A DNA stretch of 63,891 bases, filler included, from Collodictyon triciliatum (taxonomy: Eukaryota), in assembly GCA_043381765.1 (NCBI GenBank). It is 5 parts of 5 records of this genome, joined end to end, with 100 filler letters (N's around TTAATTAATTAA, not from the genome) between each part and the next. Parts side by side here need not be neighbours in the genome. Positions count along the whole stretch, not along the records: positions 25,618 to 38,315 come from JBHJMP010002117.1; positions 38,416 to 51,105 come from JBHJMP010002118.1; 3 more parts are not named here. The stretch is one strand, 5' to 3'. Within the stretch, counting starts at the first letter, position 1; each line of letters opens with the position of its first letter. Position numbers and translations under genes: made by a program. Of this stretch, positions 25,991 through 39,417 are shown piece by piece. Under the pieces are notes generated by a model that was not told the DNA's origin, did not search any database, and saw only the letters and a list, made by a program, of their open reading frames with translations.

Positions 25991-28900
25991 TTAATCCAAC
26001 AGTGGGTCAGACATTGACATCGTGGAGAATGATTTCATCCTGACAAACTTTTCTTTGATGGGGCCTTTTCTAAAAACTGGGATGATGAAAGCCATAGATA
26101 CGAAATAAAGAAGCCATATGGAGTTCATCCCGATTAGCAGTACTGCAACCCATGACTCCGAGCCAAGCAGAATGGACAACAGAGCGATGAAGAAGGAAAC
26201 AAAAATAACATACAAACTCGATAGTTCCATTTGATTTTCGATTTTCGAGTTGTACGGGCTGTATTTTTTTTGCATCCAAATTGAACCCTATTATTTTTTT
26301 TTTTTACTTAACATTTTTTTAAACCTAGTCCTAAATAATAGTAAATTGGCTGCCATAAAATTTTATTTAAACCCAGATAATATCGTAAAAAGTAGAGAGC
26401 AAACCTGAAGGATGATGACGAGTAGCAAGAAGAAAACAGAGGGTCTAGTGTATGGAATGACGCCAATTATGATGGAAAAGGCGATGCGCCGGGCGATGAT
26501 GACAAACTCCCAGTATCTGAAGCTCTGAGAAAAGGGTAATATATCAAATACTTTTATATCCAATGGAACACATCGATCCAGGCATTCGTGCCTTAATCCA
26601 ATTTAAGGGGCAAAATAAGGAATTTTAAAAACCTCTTTGTACGGCATGTAAAGAAATCCGTAACGAGCCTCATATTCACACCCCGGCCTTTCAATCATAT
26701 ACCTCATTTTGACCCAAACAAAAACAGGTAACCCAACCAAAAAAAATAAAAAAATGGGAACAGAAATTATAAGCAGGTTTTGATATTCATTGGAAGCGGG
26801 ACTGCATCTAATCCAGGGTCTGTAGTTCAGGTACCAATTGTCATCACCGCCATCATAAACAGTGCAGCCAAAAACACCAAAGACTTCCCTTGCTACAGAG
26901 TAATAAGCGAAGAACAACAGATTCAGAGTGATGAAAACCGCCTAAATAATCAATAACGATACAATCAATATAGGCATCACCTAATCAGTTAAATATGAAA
27001 ATAGTATTGGCAGGCTTTCAACGTCATCGAATTATTATTTTCGTTTATTCTATTCCATTATCATTCAAATTAGCATAATATTTGTGACCTTATTGCGTTT
27101 ATGCCCAAGTTCGAAGTAATAAGTAACCGAGCCAATCAGAACGAAAACTATAACTCTTGAAACATTTAATAACATTGAATTAAAATAGCTTTCTATGCCA
27201 AAAACACACGAGATATTAGGAAGTTGAATTGAACCAATAGACGAGGATATTTCAATGAATCTGTTTGTTTCATCTGATTGGATAAGCCCAGAAAGGAAAA
27301 TCGAGAGCGTTTGCATGTGGAACATGGTAATCCGTAGTTTTGCTAAATTAGAGTAAAAGAATGTCAAAGTATTCACACAATTCAAATGAGGATGAATATT
27401 AAAAAAAAATGTCAAAGTATTCACACAATTCAAATGAGGATGAATATTAAAAAAAAAAAACCTGATTTCGATGTTTCTGACACATAGAGATAGAGAATGA
27501 ATAAACATAGGCCAATCGATCCAACAACCAATGTGAGATACATAGTTTGTTTGTCACATTGACCACACGATCTCCCTTGGTTTCCGTACCCAGTCTTACA
27601 TTTTGAGCATGCACGTCCCTCATACCCACTTCCGCATAATTCGGTGATCTGGATTGTCATATTTGTATTCGAAATTTTATTTGGAATTACAGTATTACAG
27701 GATTCTGGTCTTGGGCATGATATGATCACTTTTGCTTCGATAACACTCGGGGATGCGTGGCAATTCTTCAAAGAAACCCCATCGAGACATTCACATTCTT
27801 GAGGACATATAATACACTTATCACCAAACCCAAAATATCCAGGGAGGCATTTACAAAACTCATGATCGTAATATTTTGGATTTAGATTCACCTTCAATTC
27901 GATAATCCCTGCTTTTGATATAATGGAAGGACATAAATATAATTTTGATTCCTCTTCCAAACTAAATAAAGTAGTATAATTCATAAAATCAGGAAGAAAA
28001 TTTGACTCCATTCGATTCATCGAGATGACATTCAGACCCAAATACTCAAGTTTCGAAAAACGGACGTATGATTCTGGAATACTTCCATAAATCAGGTTTC
28101 CAGAGAGTTCAAGAGAGGTCCATTTTACCAAGTTTGTGAGTTCCCCGAGTGTAGTTAAATTGTTGTTTTTTAAGCTTAATGTTTTTATATTAGTCGCATA
28201 ATTAAAAATTCTCCAGTTCAGTTCTCCAGAAAGCTGATTATTATCAAGCAGAAGGTTTTCATAGAAATAATAGTCGTATTGTGAATCAGGCACAATGAAA
28301 CTACCTACGTCCCCAGAGAGCAAATTGTTCCTTGCGTCAATAGTGACTAAATTTGGTATGTTCCATAAGAAATCAGGCAAGCTTCCAGAGAATTGGTTGT
28401 GTGATAAAGTAAGAGATTTTAGTTGCGACAGTTTCTCAAATGCTTTTGGGATAGTTCCATAAAATTTATTCCACGATAAGTCGATGTATTGGATCGAAAC
28501 AGGATTCCAGTCACTTGGAATAGAGCCTGATATTTGATTTTCACTGACATCTAATCTCTTTAGGTTTTTTAGCTTGAATAAAGGAAGTGTCCCGGACAGA
28601 CGATTTCGAAATAGAATCAATTCCCTCAGATGAATGCAGTCATCAAAACTTGGCAAAGACCCTTCAATTTCGTTACCGTATATGGAGAATACCTCCAAGT
28701 TTTGAAGATTTGAGAAATTTGGAATCTTCCCTATAATACTCATTTATTTAGAGAATCATTATTATGAAAAAAAAAAGTAATCATAATTACCACTGAGCTG
28801 ATTGCTATCTAGATAAATCATTTTTACATCTGGTATTTTGTTGAATTTCGGTATTTCTCCTAAGCAAATACTTTCTTTTAGTGGGTGGATGTATTATCGA

Positions 28901-31296
28901 TTAAAAATTAAATACCTAACCTGTAAACCTGTTGTTGTAAAAACGAATCGATTGAACCTTAGGCATGTTACTGAAGTTTGGAATTATACCTATTATAGAT
29001 AAGTTCATCAAAACAGGGAATAGTTTAAAGTGATAACTGATATTATTGGAACCAAACAGATTAAAAAATTGAGAATCGATATATGCAGAGCATGCAAATA
29101 TCTCAAAAAGAATAAATGCAGAAAAGGGTCGGTTTTTGTTGACTTCCCATAGTTGCGAAATAATTTTTTCTAATATCAGACCAACCAAAAAATTCGTTGC
29201 TGGACAGCGAGATCAATTGGGTATTTGGAATAAACATGAAGTCAGATATTGTACCTGTGAATAAAAAGTGTAATGTAGATTTACTACATTTTAAGTAGGA
29301 GCATTCAGATAAAGAATGGTTTTTTGAAGAATAAATTATGAAATTTACCACTCAAATGGTTGCTATGGACAGATAAAATCGTCAACATAGAAACATTTTC
29401 AAGTTTCGGCAGAGTTCCTTTCATTTGCACGAGTTTAGAGTAAAATTCTTTTAAAAAAACTCGTAGCATACAAATGGCGAACATATATACATACCTGTTA
29501 ATCTGTTGCTATATAGAGATATTTCTCTAACATTAGGGAAATAATTGAAATCGGGTATTGTTCCTGCCAGACAAAATTAGTACAGGGCACTTTTATCAAG
29601 TTTTCTAGCAACTTACCAATTATCTGATTTTCATCCAAATCAAAAACTTCAATATTTGCAATAAATTCGAAGTCCGGAATCGTCCCTTTAATGGAGGTAT
29701 TTAGAATCATTTCATCTCATTACAAGAAAATTTTGAGAAATTTAGTTACCGGTTAACTGATTAGTATCAAAATCGATAATCTTTACACATCGGATGTTGT
29801 TGAAATTCGGAACGCTTCCTTTAATAGAAAATTAGTATAAATGATATTTTTTAATCTCGAAACAATTTTACCCGTCAATTGGTTGCTGAAAATATTAATC
29901 TCCCTTAGAGTTGTCATGAAGCGAAAGTTTGGAATGGTTCCTGTGATTTACATTAGTGAGTACGTAACATAATAAATTTTAGATGATACAATAATCGATT
30001 AAAGGATGAAACAATTGAATGTAAAACCGCCAATCTTGCTTTCGTAAATCTCAAGAATTTTGATATTCGGCATATGGAGAAAATCAGGCAGCGTTCCTAA
30101 GATAACATAAATATCTATGATTAATTTTAAAATATATCAGTTAAATGCTTTAAAATATTCGTACCATTTATTTTTTCGCTAGACCCTATTCTTAGACTTT
30201 CAATAAACGAAATTCCAATGAAGTCAGGAACTGTGCCCTCTAAATGGTTTCCACCTAGATTTAAAGACTCAATGTTTGGAATTCCTTGAAAGTTGGGAAT
30301 AGTTCCGGATATTTGGTTCATCTGAAGGTTCAAATTGAGCATTCCAGGGAGATAAAAATCTGGGAGACTGCCATAAATTGAATTATTGCTCAGATTCAAA
30401 TCAGAGAGGAGCATAAATTGTTCCAAAATTACTGATGCAGCTCCAATATCACCAAACAGATTGTTATCTTCCATCGAAATACCAACAACTGGACATGTAT
30501 TATTCTATTTGCACAGATGATTAGATAACGATTGTAATTTTTTTTGAAAATATTCAAACTCACCTTAATATCTTGATCTGTGCAATAATTATCACAAATA
30601 ACCCCACTCCAATTACAGATAGGTATACTTTCATTATTCCATCCATTTTTATCAGTCCAATTATCACCATCAAATATGTCGTAAATACTGACAAGGAGAT
30701 TGAATTGGTATGCTCCTTTTGGATAAAATTTTTCATATTTATTATCTTTGTCGTTAAGTTTGGTTTTGTTAGATATTTTTGGTTCATAAATGTGAGTATT
30801 TTCGGGAGAGTCGAATTCATCAACCAAATATCTCTCATTTTCTGAATTTTTGATGTTATTTGTGTTACAATAGCTGCAGTTTGTTTCACATTTTTGCATC
30901 GATGAAGTAAATCCTTCCTCATAGTTCTTTGATGTTGATATACAGGTATCCTCGTAGTATTCCAACAAAATTTTAAATGCATCTTCAACTTTCATCGATA
31001 ACAGTTCATCTCTTGAGTAGCGACATCTGATTGTGTAATATGAATTTTTTTTTTTTTTGTTAATTTTGAAATTTTTCATTATGTAATTTATCTGACAAGC
31101 GAACCTAGACCAAAACCTCAGCCATCAAGCACAAATTGAAAGGATTATTAGAAATGCTGCAATCTCTTCCTTGAGTTGAATAATATAATTTATATATTTT
31201 GCTATGATTCACCTTTCTAGCGATTGAAAAGAAAGGCAATGGGTAACCAGGAATATTGCAGTTATAAACCCAATCAGAGTTTTCGAACGGCTGCAT
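25991..31296 (-). CDS. Extracellular LRR / Cys-rich / multi-pass membrane receptor-like protein
   Basis: LRR N-cap NWTDKNGWNNESIPICNWSGVICD, more than 20 plant-type LRRs (LxxLxLxxNxxxGxIP), and a Cys-rich stalk (CKCLPGYFGFGDKCIICPQECEC...CGSGYEGRACSKCKTGY...CGQC). Many hydrophobic segments follow, with RYGFLYMPYK/YWEFVIIARR motifs. Stop at 25991. The 5' end upstream of about 31027 is uncertain because the frame does not join cleanly. Confidence 0.88.
27360..27455. repeat. 48-bp tandem duplication inside an intron of the LRR gene
   Basis: AATGTCAAAGTATTCACACAATTCAAATGAGGATGAATATTAAAAAAA occurs twice back to back. Confidence 0.9.
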
Positions 31297-33823
31297 GATT
31301 TATTAAAATATTTGGATAAAATTATGAAATGCAACGAAATGAAAGCAATTTTAAAATACTTTAATGCACAAATATTTCAAATTATTACACCAGGGGAAAA
31401 TTTTTTGTATGTGGTTAGGAATAAATACTACGTATTTGTGTCAAAAAGTTAATAGGGGTACCTTTGACTTATAAAAGAGCAAAACCTAGTAGCCGGTTTA
31501 CCATTTTCATCGCTTTTTCAGTTTATTGTAAGTATACTTTATGTATATGATGGAAAATTTTTGGAGAGGCATTATTCTTTTATATCGTATATTCTACTTA
31601 CAAAGCATTGTAAATATCGGCAGGAATAATGCGGCAATATCCCATTTGTGATAAGTTGAGGATTTTACTTGAGCTTTTAAGTTTGATTAAATATTATATT
31701 CAAAATTACCGTCAGTTACACACTTTATTGAATTGTAGCTTTCAATAGGATATTTACTTTTAAATTGCCTTTACAATTATACTATTTGCCAACTGTAGAG
31801 AAAATCAAGTTGAAGAGTGAAATGATTATATTTAAAGAACTCTTGCTAAATGAAAAAAGGAGACCATCTCACATAATGATGATAGTTTATTTTTGGATTA
31901 GAAAAATAAGATTGCGATTTATTTTCTAATATATATATATTGTAACATAAATTTTAAATACTTTTATAGTAATACTCCACATCATACTTCTAACCATCTG
32001 ACATTCAATTCAATTGATATGATATAAATTGATGTTGTTTTTTTTACAGATATATGGAGATATTATGCTTGGAACACATAACCCTCATATTATTTTATTA
32101 ACATCTTGATAAATATATTATACTTAAAAAATTCAACAGCATCTTCATTGTCTCTATATGCTTATTTGCATGAAGGTTATCACAAAGCGATCTGGTGTAC
32201 TTTAAATACTAAAGTATTAATAATGCCAATATAAAGATTGCTCCATATATATGAATGATTTATTCACAGACAGTAAACGTAATTATGGTTTTTTTTTAAA
32301 AAGAAAGATCAGGACGTGATAGTATAAAAAGAATTTTCAATCGTCCTGTTGTTAGTTATATTAAAAAAAAAATTCAACCATAGAGTATGGTTTAGTTTCA
32401 GAAAAGGATTATAATTGTATGAAAAGTGCATTTAAATAGAAATTTCTCAGTGAGATATGAATACTGTGTGATTATAAGCATAAAATATTTGGCCCGAATG
32501 GATAAACAATTCTAATGATTGGTGATCACATAAACTGCCCTAGATTGTGATCAACCTTGTTTCTTTCGTGTAAGAAACAAGGAAAAAGAACGAGAGAAGT
32601 CATAACTAAGGCGAACAATACGTTTCAATGTGTAAGGATTTCCCTCCTATCGGCAGCATTTTCTTTCAACTAAAGCGTAGTAAGGACAACAGAACCAGTA
32701 AAAAAAAAATAAAAAATAAAAGGGATTGGTGGGATGAAAGATGATCAAGCACACAGATATAGAAAGCAAGACAACATTACCAGGCAAGGAATACACAATA
32801 AAAAAACCTTTTGAAAACACCACGCCTTTTCTGCCACAAATGCAGTTTTTTTTAATTGTTTTTTTCCGGCTTGGCCTGGCGCGCGTTTCTCTATTGTCCC
32901 CCTTGCATGTCTGTCTTGACAGTAATTTGTGTCGCATGATCGGGTTGTTTGGTTTGTTTTTCTGGGCGTTTCGGATTGCCTTGTTCTGGCCGAGGCACTC
33001 GGGAAGTGGTGACGTGCCGCATTTCCTGTCTCCGAATTATACATATGTGGATTATATGTCACAATTATTTTTTTGGATTCCATTTGCGGGTTTGAAGAAA
33101 AGACTCGGATGCGGCCATTGCATATGACGAATTCGAGTTACTCGTTGTAATTGGGATGCTTGTTTTCGCGCGTGCATTAGAAATACGTGTTCCTTACGAG
33201 CGAGTTGCTAAGTCTATATGATTAGGCACAACTATTAATCGGTTGGGATATATGATTGGCGGGCTCTACCTGTACCAAGTTTTTAGGCACCCTTTGCGAA
33301 TGAGCTAATTACACACCAGACACTCAAAGACCTCATCACTAGGTGGATATTGTAAAGTTCTCTCTCTTTCTCTTTCCATCCGAGTCAAAACCTCAGATGT
33401 AGTTTTCAGTAGAGATGATTTCCTTTTAACGACCTTCACGACCATATTCTACGCCATGATATTCGTCATCACTTCTCTTTGTTTCGTCTCAAATAAGAAG
33501 ATATTGACTCTGATTGCAATTCAAACTCCCTCAGAGATTAACATATGCATTAAATAACGATTCTGTGAGCTATACATAGTTTTCTTTAATGGATCGCTTT
33601 TTATAATCTACTCTTTCGACACCAATCGTGCTTTTCTCCTATGATTCTCGGTATCGAACGGCTGCGGTGTTTTTCTCTACATTCTCTGAATAGACTACAA
33701 ACTGAGGGCGGATTATTTCGTTTCCTCATAGTAAGAACAGCTGGGATTTTCTCAAAGACTTTGCTACGTTCCCATAAAACCTTCATTATTTCCGTACAAT
33801 AACCATCAACCTTTGCTACGATA

Positions 33824-34243
33824 AATACATACATACATACATACATACATACATACATACATACATACATACATACATACATACATACATACATACATAC
33901 ATACATACATACATACATACATACATACATACATACATACANNNNNNNNNNNNNNNNNNNNNNNNNNNNNNNNNNNNNNNNNNNNNNNNNNNNNNNNNNN
34001 NNNNNNNNNNNNNNNNNNNNNNNNNNNNNNNNNNNNNNNNNNNNNNNNNNNNNNNNNNNNNNNNNNNNNNNNNNNNNNNNNNNNNNNNNNNNNNNNNNNN
34101 NNNNNNNNNNNNNNNNNNNNNNNNNNNNNNNNNNNNNATACATACATACATACATACATACATACATACATACATACATACATACATACATACATACATA
34201 CATACATACATACATACATACATACATACATACATACATACAT
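33824..34243. repeat. (ACAT)n microsatellite with internal gap
   Basis: Directly visible. Confidence 0.95.
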
Positions 34244-34508
34244 AGAATGGTTTAAGATAGAAAAGTTTCTAACGCAAAGAAATCGGCATGTTTAAATGAC
34301 AGACTGCCACCAAACCATACAAAAAGACCCTTTGCCTGCCTCCTCCAACCCGGCGTCTGTTGTCCTTCCACCCGCGGAAATGATTCTCTCATGTGCAAGA
34401 CTTGTGCATTTCTTGCCCCGTTCTGCTCTTTGCGGGACTTTCTTCCTTGCCAGACTCACAAACCTTGCACCAAGCAGACAAGACGAACGTCGAAACTCGC
34501 CCGTTCGC

Positions 34509-37500
34509 ATGGCACACTCCTCACCCGACCAGAAAATACCGGTTGTTGTTGCTGTCAACGACACCCTTTCGATCTCCGAGTTGTCTGCAAAACACTTCCT
34601 GACCAACTCCCCACGCGGTTTGATATTAATACTTTTTCATTCATATTCTCTGCATTTATTTACTTGAATTCCTTTTTTTTTTCTTCTTGCTACAATTCCT
34701 TGTATTGAGTAACTAACTATTCTCGCTTCATTCACTTCAACCGGGTAGGCGCATATACAACCGCACGCTCTTTTGACCAAACCCGTATTTTCGAGTTGGA
34801 TTTGCATTTGGAAAGGTTAGGTAATGCAAACCCCACTTTCGAAGTTTAGTTGAGTGTGACTGTACTTGAAAAGAGACCGTTTCTTCTCTTATCGCTAATC
34901 TCCACACACGATGAAGATATATACATATCCTATGCGCAATATTAATTTATTGCTTTTTTAAAAGAAATATGTTAACATAAAAAAAGAAAAGAATATATAA
35001 ACATAAACACGAATACACGTATATGTCGATGTAGTTTGATAAGTGAAGAAAATAGTAAATAGCGGGACGTAACATTTTTCCATTTATATTTGTTAGCAAA
35101 TACATTGGTCTTGATGGAGGCCAAAGAACCACTTCCTCTTACAAAACAGCATGTTTCTGAAGTAGTCCTTCCTAAACTCAAAAAGTCGATGCAATTCTTT
35201 ATTGACCAAGCCCCACCCAAGACTGAAATGCGAATCACTGTGGTAGTAACAAATCCTTTGGTAGCAAAAGAGTCTTGGAAAACAGCGCAACTCAAAGTAA
35301 CTGTCACTGCCATTCAATTTTTTTTATTTTGTTAGTTGCTAGGTTTATGGATTAAATTATAAATAATAATATTTCATTTTAATTATGAAACAAGTGTTTT
35401 AAATTAATATTGTTAACAAAAGGCAGCATCATATCATAATTAATTATTTTTTTGGAGCTGACAAAACCATCTCACGCCCATCTATTTTATAGTAGTGTTT
35501 TTTTTTTTGTGTGAAAATTTACATTAAAGACTTTATGACTTTGCTCTAGGATTCTTCAAATGATGACATCAATGTGCTCATTCACATATCGCATTTGCCT
35601 CCACCTCCGAGTTCACCAGTCAAGGTAATCGTGCGCGGGTCTCCGAGAAAAAATGCTGCCGCAAAGGATTCAGCCTGGGTCATGTATGATTGCATCGAAT
35701 TTTGATACTAAATAAAAACGTTGCAACGAAGCAGTATTAAGATGATGGAAATCGGGAAGTGACAGGCATATATGTAATCTGACTGGGCCATCCTAAAATA
35801 ACTTGTAGATATCTTTCTGGATGATATAGATCATAATTCTTGTAAATAATTGTATGTAGAGACCGTCAGTCCTTAGAGGCGCAGATGCCTGCTGATGTCA
35901 ACGAAACTGTACTCTGCGAAGATGGAAACATTTACGAAGGACTTACAAGCAACTTCTTTGCTCTGTGCAAAGGGAAACTGTACACCGCACCGGAAGGGAC
36001 AGTTCTCGCTGGCACAGTGCGCGCATTAGCGATTGATATATGCAACAAGTAAAACCATATACATTTCTCAGAGAAAATATGAACGCATATAGCCGATGAA
36101 TTTATATTTGAAATTTGTGGAACACTTTATTTTTCACTATAAAATGATGGTTCTTTCCTCTCGTTTTATTGAAAACGAAAAAATAACATTCTCTTGAGTA
36201 TCGACTAAAACGTGGGGATATCCCTAAAAGCATTCTGATTTAATTCTCAATCATGATAAAATCTACATCATCAAGAGAAGGGATTGAAGTTGTTTTTGAA
36301 CCTCCAAGCATCTCTCACATTGCTGATTGGACTGGGTGTTACATCTCAAGTATTAATTTTACTCTCGTTTTCTGTTTGTTTGTTTGTTTGTTTGTTTGTT
36401 TGTTTGTTTGTTTGTTTGTTTGTTTGTTTGTTTGTTTGTTTGTTTGTTTGTTTGTTTGTTTGTTTGTTTGTTTGTTTGTTTGTTTGTTTGTTTGTTTGTT
36501 TGTTTGTTTGTTTGTTTGTTTGTTTGTTTGTTTGTTTGTTTGTTTGTTTGTATCATAATTACTTATGTAATTATTATATTCATATTAATAATTTTCTGCT
36601 CATTCTCCTTCTCCTTCAAAATTATTACTTACACATACAGACAAAAATAGTAAAAAAAATTATATAATAAAGAAAAATAATGACATCAGTCAAATCAATC
36701 TAAACAAAGCAAAGCCTCATCTGTAACACATTGCCCAACACAGGCACTTCACGGCTAATGACTCCAGTCAACGTACTCAGGTAAACCGCCAATTACTCAA
36801 CCATAAAAGCATATGCACATACCCGCTCATACATATGTTCAGTATCATCACTTCAATTCACTTCAAATACATGAAGGTCTATTAAGACGATATGATTTTA
36901 AAAATATCTGAAAAAAAAGAGAAAATGAATGAAAGAAAAAATGAATGAAAGAAAAAAGAAAAAAGAAAGAAAAAGAAAGAAAAAGAAAGAAAAAGAAAAA
37001 AGAAAAAAGAAAAAAGAAAAAAGAAAAAAAGAAAAAAAGAAAAAGAAAAAAGAAAAAAAGAAAAAGAAAAAAATGTATCGATATTGACAACAAACTCTCA
37101 ATCATCCACTAATCACTCCGCCTGGCTCCCAATCCCCAGCTTGCCAGAGGCTGAAGGTTCGCCCGTTCATTGCTTCGAATCCACTGGGCCAAACGCAGAC
37201 CCAACCGTGGCGCTCATATCGCGTCGTGTCCACGAGTTATTGAAAGGTTTCCATTCGATGACAAGCCAACACAAACCACAAATCACAAATCACAAATCAC
37301 AAATCACAAATCACAAATCACAAATCACAAATCACAAATCACAAATCACAAATCACAAATCACAAATCACAAATCACAAATCACAAATCACATAGTCCAG
37401 AGACAATGACTGAGCCATTTACAGAATCCTTTCTTTCTTTCTTTTTTTGTTTTGGTCTTCTCTTCCTTGCTGACATGTGCACTGTTATTCGATTAGAAAA

Positions 37501-37519
37501 CAGCCCGCCTGTGTTTTAG
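34509..37519 (+). CDS. PLP-dependent class IV aminotransferase-like protein (BCAT/D-amino-acid aminotransferase fold)
   Basis: Spliced translation: PRGAYTTARSFDQTRIFELDLHLERL, PRKNAAAKDSAWV, NETVLCEDGNIYEGLTSNFFALCKGKLYTAPEGTVLAGTVR, GCYISSTSRLMTPV. The predicted last exon ENSPPVF* ends at 37519. Confidence 0.9.
36374..36551. repeat. (GTTT)n microsatellite, intronic
   Basis: Directly visible. The same motif recurs at about 51206-51282 and 56976-57074. Confidence 0.95.
37278..37391. repeat. (ACAAATC)n heptamer tandem repeat, intronic
   Basis: About 16 perfect copies. A short run of the same unit occurs near 52682-52706. Confidence 0.95.
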
Positions 37520-37815
37520 AAACTAAGGGGGATGGAAACGCGACAAGCAAATCACAGACGGCTCAACTGGGGAGGATTAAAGACACAGATATATACAAAC
37601 ACACTTTCTTGTTTGTCTGCCGTCTTTTGAGCGTAAATTAGTTAATCAATCGCAGTGGTTTATGAGCCAAAAAAAATAGTGTCGTGAAAAAGAAGTGGTG
37701 TTATTGTTTGTGCATCTTTGTGTGTTCTGGTAAGGAGAAGCCACGCCGGATAATACGATGCCTTTTCTTTTTTTTTCTTTTTTTGTGGGTGTGTGTGGGT
37801 GTGTGGGAGGACATA

Positions 37816-38032
37816 CTACTCCTGCTTGGGCAGCTCAAAGAGGCTGGGAGTCTTTGGCGGGGTGTTCCCAAAGAGCTTCTGGACATTGGAGCGGATAAAC
37901 ATGGAGCAGAGGACGTAGAGGAAGGTCATGGAGCAGTCTGTGTAGTCGAAGCCTGGCAAGTTGCGGTGGGAAATGCGGGTGAAGAAGGCGATGGGCGTGA
38001 ACGGCAGTTTGGCAACAACAACGCCGTCGAAA
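37816..38032 (-). CDS. TMCO1: TMCO1 (ER Oxa1-superfamily/GEL complex subunit), last exon only
   Basis: FDGVVVAKLPFTPIAFFTRISHRNLPGFDYTDCSMTFLYVLCSMFIRSNVQKLFG matches the conserved TMCO1 C-terminus. AG acceptor at 38033-38034. The 5' exons are lost at the scaffold end. Confidence 0.93.
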
Positions 38033-38207
38033 CTGATTTTATGTGCGTGACTTGGATTAGCCGAGTCGGTGAGAGATGGCGGGGTTATATGGCATTGCGT
38101 GCGCTTATATATGTTGGATGGATAGATGGATGGTTGCATGTGTGGGAGGTTGTTAGATGGGACTGATTTAAGGGAAAATATATCAGGTGAAAAGGGAGAG
38201 AAAAGAA

Positions 38208-38275
<68 letters not shown>

Positions 38276-38315
38276 GAGAAAGAGAGAAAGAGAGAAAGAG
38301 AGAAAGAAAAAAAAG

Positions 38316-38415
38316 NNNNNNNNNNNNNNNNNNNNNNNNNNNNNNNNNNNNNNNNNNNNTTAATTAATTAANNNNNNNNNNNNNNNNNNNNNNNNNNNNN
38401 NNNNNNNNNNNNNNN
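38316..38415. other. Artificial scaffold-joining spacer
   Basis: N44-TTAATTAATTAA-N44. Confidence 0.97.
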
Positions 38416-38464
<49 letters not shown>

Positions 38465-39417
38465 TTTTTTGTTTTTTTGTTTTTTGTTTTTTTGTTTTTT
38501 TGTTTTTTTGTTTTTTGTTTTTTGTTTTTGTTTTTGTTTTTGTTTTGGCGCGTTGGGCAGCGCACGTACACGCATTACTTGCGATGAACCAGAATTTGAA
38601 ACAGCGACCTCACGCAGAATTGTTATAAATGTATTGTATTGATAATAAATTTATATTAATCATAATGGTTATTAAACAAAATATTAATGCAGTAATCCAA
38701 ATTATAATTATTGTATGAATTCCATTTTTGTAATTCTATTTTGATTTCAAAATACGAAAATTCAAAACTCGCTGACGTCATAACATCTACACGCCAAACA
38801 CAGAGACCAACAACCGATTGTAATATTATAAGCCAATCTCAATGTCCTCGGCCACTTCCCTAGCATGTACTCATGAGTTGTTCAATCGTGAGCTTACACA
38901 CGACTTCAGAAGAAAGCACAGATAACCTGGCCCACAAAATCGCAGCAACCATGGCCAACAGTCAAAATGCCTCACTGCACACAAATAATGAGTGCGGCCC
39001 TGCCCTTCGCTCTGGTGCAAAGTGAGCGCTTCTCGGAGAATCCCTCCTGAATCCGCAGTCAAACACGTCCCAACGGTTCTCAACAGCCAAAGTCGACGAG
39101 TTGCTTACCCAGCGCACCGAAAAAAAACAACCTCTACAACTGTGACAGCCTTCTTCCTACTATAATCACAAGACGAAAGTAGCCGTTGCGAGTCGAGACA
39201 ACCCCGGAAACGCCCGGTTGGCTCATCGCAAAGCCCAGAGCGAGGCAATACCCGCGCGCAGCTGCTATCAGCACACCCCTTCACAAACCCCTTATTCTAT
39301 TTCCTTGGCCATCTGTCTCACTTGCTCGCTTCTTAGGTCTCCCCATCCTGTCATCCGACCGACCCAGTTGAATTAACTCAACCCCGCAGAAGCCATACAC
39401 TCTGCCGTCCGAGAAGA

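Noticed and set aside
32640-33820. Short ORFs and possible relic coding sequence between the LRR and aminotransferase genes
   Set aside because: Frames are interrupted and unrecognisable, and no tRNA or snRNA signature was seen.
37278-37391. (ACAAATC)n as a telomeric repeat
   Set aside because: It is intronic, internal and lacks a G-run strand.
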